This document shows positions 60,389 to 64,000 of a DNA stretch of 64,000 nucleotides, in pieces. Position 1 is the first letter of the stretch; each line of letters starts with the position of its first letter. The stretch covers positions 50,251-114,250 of the forward strand of contig JAEOTR010000041.1 in the NCBI GenBank assembly GCA_016839705.1, in the 5' to 3' direction. The stretch is from Promethearchaeota archaeon. Lineage in GTDB: Archaea; Asgardarchaeota; Lokiarchaeia; Sigyniarchaeales; SOKP01. The position numbers and the translations under genes were made by a program. The notes under the pieces are model-generated. The model did not search any database. It saw only the letters and a list, made by a program, of their open reading frames with translations, and was not told the DNA's origin.

Positions 60389-61021
60389 ATGTCAGATGAG
60401 GAAAGGTTTACACTAGAAGATGGAGAAATGCTAATTAAGTTTGCGCGAGATAATATTGAATATTTCATTAAAAACAATAGAAAAATTCCTGTAGCAGAAG
60501 AAATAAAAGAAAAATTTAAGGATAAATATGGTGCCTTTGTTACTTTAAACAGATACGGTGTATCAGATAATTCACTAAGAGGATGTATTGGCTACATTGA
60601 GCCTATATATTCTTTGTATGAAGCTATCCACAGAGTTTCCATTAGTTCTGCCATTGAGGACCCTCGATTTTCTTCTGTAGCACTTGAAGAAATGGAGAAT
60701 ATCGTGATTGAATTATCGATACTGACTCCACCTAAACTGATAGAAGTTAACGATCCAAAAGAATATATAGAAAAAATCGTAATTGGAAGAGATGGTTTAA
60801 TTGCTGAAAGAGGAATGAGGCGAGGTTTGCTTCTTCCACAAGTACCGGTTGATCATGAAAGAAATTGGGACGTAAAAACATTTCTTTCTCATACATGTTC
60901 AAAAGCTTGGTTAGATCCTGATGCTTGGAAAGAATTGGAAACTAAAATTTATTCTTTTCAAGCAATATTATTTGAAGAGGAAACACCAAGAGGAGAAGTT
61001 ACGAGAAAGTATCTTAAATAG
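60389..61021 (+). CDS. AMMECR1 domain protein
   Basis: GAFVTL, LRGCIG, EDPRF, GLLLPQV. Confidence 0.93.
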   Translation: MSDEERFTLEDGEMLIKFARDNIEYFIKNNRKIPVAEEIKEKFKDKYGAFVTLNRYGVSDNSLRGCIGYIEPIYSLYEAIHRVSISSAIEDPRFSSVALEEMENIVIELSILTPPKLIEVNDPKEYIEKIVIGRDGLIAERGMRRGLLLPQVPVDHERNWDVKTFLSHTCSKAWLDPDAWKELETKIYSFQAILFEEETPRGEVTRKYLK

Positions 61022-61237
61022 AACATTACTATTTGTATAATACCCTTGGATATTTTTCTAAAACTGAAATCCCGGTTTTTTTAAACAAATCATATCAAAT
61101 TCATTTAAATTTAATACTTGATTATTATTAAGATAATTACAGTATCATATGTGTTTCTCCAAGAATAAATTTCTTCAAAAATTGTAAATACTCAAAAAAC
61201 TAACATTTATATACTTTTTCTAGAAGAGGAAGCTAAA

Positions 61238-63328
61238 GTGCCACAAATCAATGGCGTTATGTGTAATACCTTAACATTCTACGATAAAAACTTCAACATA
61301 ATGGAAGAACTAAATTCATTACTTTTTAAACACATTCTTACTAATGATGCAAATTCTCTCCTCCTCTTTGGGAGTACCGGGGAGGGTGCTTTATTTTCAA
61401 ATAATATTGAAGAAAAAACCAAACTGATCAATATAGCTCTTAAAACTACTGAAGGGAAAATACCTATTATTGTCCGATTATATGGTGAGGAGGCAGAAGA
61501 AATAATAAGTCAGGTTGAAACTATAGGTAAAAAGTCTGAAAATATTTGTTTTATGATTTCACCCCCTATTTCTCTAAATATAACACTTGATGCACTGAAA
61601 TCATACTTTCACAACATTTTAGGCTCAATTAACACTAGACATCCTTTATTTTTGGAAAATAATCCCCTTCAATTTTCTAGAAATGAAATTGATCCTGACC
61701 TCTTAAAATCATTATTGAGTTTTGATAATTTGAAAGGTATAAATGATTCATTTTATAATATTAGAATTTGTAGATCTTATGCTCAATTAATAAATGAGGA
61801 TTTTTCTTTTTTTTGCGGATTAGAACAAAATTTTCACAATTTTTTCCAGCTTATTCCTCCAAATCAGAGAAAAAGTACAGGAATTATATCCAGCATCAGT
61901 AATTTAGTTAATTTATGCTCCAAACTATATTTTTATGCTTTAGAAGACAATTTATTGGAGCTTCTAAATTTGCAAGAGCAGATAAATGATATTAGGAGTA
62001 AAATATATAATATTAAATCAAAGGAAGATAACTCAGAACAAGGATTAAAGTTCGCATTTCTAAACTTATATAAGGATTCAATATTAAAATCAAATGAAGG
62101 TTTTGAATTCATCAATTCAAAACTAGATACTGAAATTGATAAAATATCAAAAGAGAGAATTGAAGCAACTGTTCATTATTTACTTAATCACAAACAAATT
62201 TATCAATTATATTCTATTGGCAAAAAAGATCTTTATCAGTTTCATGAAATTATCAAAATTTTCTCAAAAATTGATGCATTGGTTCAACAAGGTAAAGTAA
62301 AGAAAATAACAGGTCCCTATAGAGCGGACGTTAATACCATTTATAAGGTTAAGTTTGATAATAATCAATTAGTTTTTAGATTTCGAACTAGTAATTTTTT
62401 CCAATATGAAAATTTGATTAAGGAAAAACTCTTATATCCTTTTTTAGATAGATATTTAAGACCTATGGATATTCATTTGAGAAAAAAAGTAAAAGAAATA
62501 ATCACTACAGAAACTGGGGCTTACATCTTTAAAAAAGAGACTCCTCCTATCATTCCCGTCTGCAACTTAGTCTATTTTGACGAAACAAAAGAAATAGTTC
62601 CTTATGTTTTCTCGGTACAAGAATATATTAAAGGAAAACCATTATTCCCGATCATAAATAGATATATTAATGATGCAAAGAATTTGAATACAGCTAAGTT
62701 TCTAAACTTATTTAGTATATTAGGAGAACATCTAGGAAATTTGCATCAAATAAAATTCGATTCTTTCTATAAAAGTATTATCAATATTGGGAAAAAAGAT
62801 AAAGTTTCATATTATGAATTTTTTCAAGGTAAATTGGGAAAAGAATTACAGGAAGCCAAAAAGAATAATATTGATTTTGGAAATGAAATTAGACGATACT
62901 TCAAAGATAATCAGGCATTAATAGAGGATGAAAATGAATTTGTTTTGCTACATAATGATTTTAATAGTCAAAATGTTATTATAAAAGAAGATCGTGGTGT
63001 ATTCCATCTTAATGGTTTTGTAGATTTTGATAATTGGTGTGTTGGAAGTAGAGCACAAGATTTTATTAAACTAGATTATTTGATTTTCAAACCTTTAAAT
63101 ATCCCCTCCCTATATGAAGCATTTCAAAAAGGATATTCTAAAAATTACTTTTTTGATAAGGAATTTAGCAAAAAAATTGAAATATATAAACTACTATGGC
63201 TTTTAAAGGAATATAATATAGAATCAGAATTAAAAAGGAATTCTAATGAGTTCCAAATTACAAGTTCAACTTCGACTTCATTAGAAAATTATCTCTTTGA
63301 GATACAAGCTATTATCCGGGACCTATAA
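61238..63328 (+). CDS. DapA-like TIM barrel fused to APH/choline-kinase-like phosphotransferase
   Basis: N-terminal FGSTGEG, ENNP, KGINDS; C-terminal LLHNDFNSQNV and VDFD. Confidence 0.8.
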   Translation: MPQINGVMCNTLTFYDKNFNIMEELNSLLFKHILTNDANSLLLFGSTGEGALFSNNIEEKTKLINIALKTTEGKIPIIVRLYGEEAEEIISQVETIGKKSENICFMISPPISLNITLDALKSYFHNILGSINTRHPLFLENNPLQFSRNEIDPDLLKSLLSFDNLKGINDSFYNIRICRSYAQLINEDFSFFCGLEQNFHNFFQLIPPNQRKSTGIISSISNLVNLCSKLYFYALEDNLLELLNLQEQINDIRSKIYNIKSKEDNSEQGLKFAFLNLYKDSILKSNEGFEFINSKLDTEIDKISKERIEATVHYLLNHKQIYQLYSIGKKDLYQFHEIIKIFSKIDALVQQGKVKKITGPYRADVNTIYKVKFDNNQLVFRFRTSNFFQYENLIKEKLLYPFLDRYLRPMDIHLRKKVKEIITTETGAYIFKKETPPIIPVCNLVYFDETKEIVPYVFSVQEYIKGKPLFPIINRYINDAKNLNTAKFLNLFSILGEHLGNLHQIKFDSFYKSIINIGKKDKVSYYEFFQGKLGKELQEAKKNNIDFGNEIRRYFKDNQALIEDENEFVLLHNDFNSQNVIIKEDRGVFHLNGFVDFDNWCVGSRAQDFIKLDYLIFKPLNIPSLYEAFQKGYSKNYFFDKEFSKKIEIYKLLWLLKEYNIESELKRNSNEFQITSSTSTSLENYLFEIQAIIRDL

Positions 63329-63379
63329 TCTACCATAACATCTTTCGAAATTGTTCAAATGTTTCATGTAATAAAATCT

Positions 63380-64000
63380 TTATGCAAAAACGTAATTTAA
63401 AATATCTTCCTGTCGAACTCTTACATTTTTTTCGAGATTAGATAATTTAATCCCAACCAGTCTCACCTTCTTGTCATTATTTGAAAATTCTTTAAATAAA
63501 TCTAAAATAACATTAAGGACCTTTTGTTTGTTTTGAATAGAGAAAAGTAATGTCTTAGAGCGTGTATAAGTTTGAAAACCTTCAAACCGAATCTTTAAAG
63601 TAATGGTTTTATACGTGATTTGGTGCTTATTAACTGATTTATGGATTTTATTATTTATGTCTGTAATTTTTGATAAAATTTCATTAAAATCCTTTGTATC
63701 ATTAAAGAAAGTTCTCTCGGCACTTATTGATTTTCTCTCTTCATGGAATTCGTTGACTTTTCGATTATCTAAACCATTTGCTACATTCCAAATCCATTTA
63801 CCATGCTTCCCATATAGATTTATCATTTCAGGTAAAGATGTGTTTAGTATATCCCCAATTGTTTTTATTCCTTTCTTAACAAACTTAATTTTTGTTTTTT
63901 TTCCAATACCAGGGATACAAGTTATATCTTTGTCTTTTAAAAGGGCTTTGAAATTGTCTAGTGTGAATATTGTTAATCCATTAGGCTTTTCAAAATCAGA
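63380..64000 (-). CDS. dinB: DNA polymerase IV (Y family), C-terminal part; runs off the right edge
   Basis: Frame continues to the window end: SDFEKPNGL, IPGIGKKT, KSISAERTF, VRLVGIKLS. Confidence 0.92.
   Translation of the reverse strand, partial: SDFEKPNGLTIFTLDNFKALLKDKDITCIPGIGKKTKIKFVKKGIKTIGDILNTSLPEMINLYGKHGKWIWNVANGLDNRKVNEFHEERKSISAERTFFNDTKDFNEILSKITDINNKIHKSVNKHQITYKTITLKIRFEGFQTYTRSKTLLFSIQNKQKVLNVILDLFKEFSNNDKKVRLVGIKLSNLEKNVRVRQEDILNYVFA

Noticed and set aside
2870-62115. Many short ORFs overlapping or antisense to long genes (e.g. 14954, 37701, 43054, 52254)
   Set aside because: Fully nested in well-supported genes and without recognisable motifs.
1-64000. CRISPR arrays, rRNA genes, IS elements or integrases
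   Set aside because: No regularly spaced repeats, rRNA-like segments or transposase/integrase ORFs seen.

Overview
Low-GC archaeal chromosomal segment, most consistent with an Asgard archaeon (Lokiarchaeia-like; it has a profilin-like gene, an archaeal information-processing core and bacterial-type signalling domains). Most of it is housekeeping: mat, rnhB, fibrillarin/nop5, pyrD/pyrK, elp3, gatDE, rpl2, tfb, the proteasome-exosome superoperon (psmA-sdo1-rrp4-rrp41-rrp42-rpl37ae-pcc1-pfdB), an ECF transporter, cgi121/sua5, a four-subunit 2-oxoacid:ferredoxin oxidoreductase, PPi-PFK, herA, cdc48, fen1, nob1, eIF5A, srp54, pyrC and dinB. The main finding is a set of about 30-nt bulge-helix-bulge (BHB) introns. 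One sits in a protein-coding gene: it interrupts rnhB (RNase HII) inside the catalytic DEAGR/GP motif and carries an in-frame TAA, so the ORF track calls a truncated protein. Four more of 29-30 nt sit at non-canonical positions in tRNA-Val(TAC) and tRNA-Ser(GCT), one apparently in the acceptor stem. Other points of note are tandem RHH-HisKA-REC regulators without an ATPase domain, a DapA-like pseudo-enzyme fused to an APH-type kinase, a LITAF-like protein, a divergent JAMM protein and probable ATA/ATT start codons. No CRISPR array, rRNA or intact mobile element was seen. All calls come from manual reading; no searches were run.
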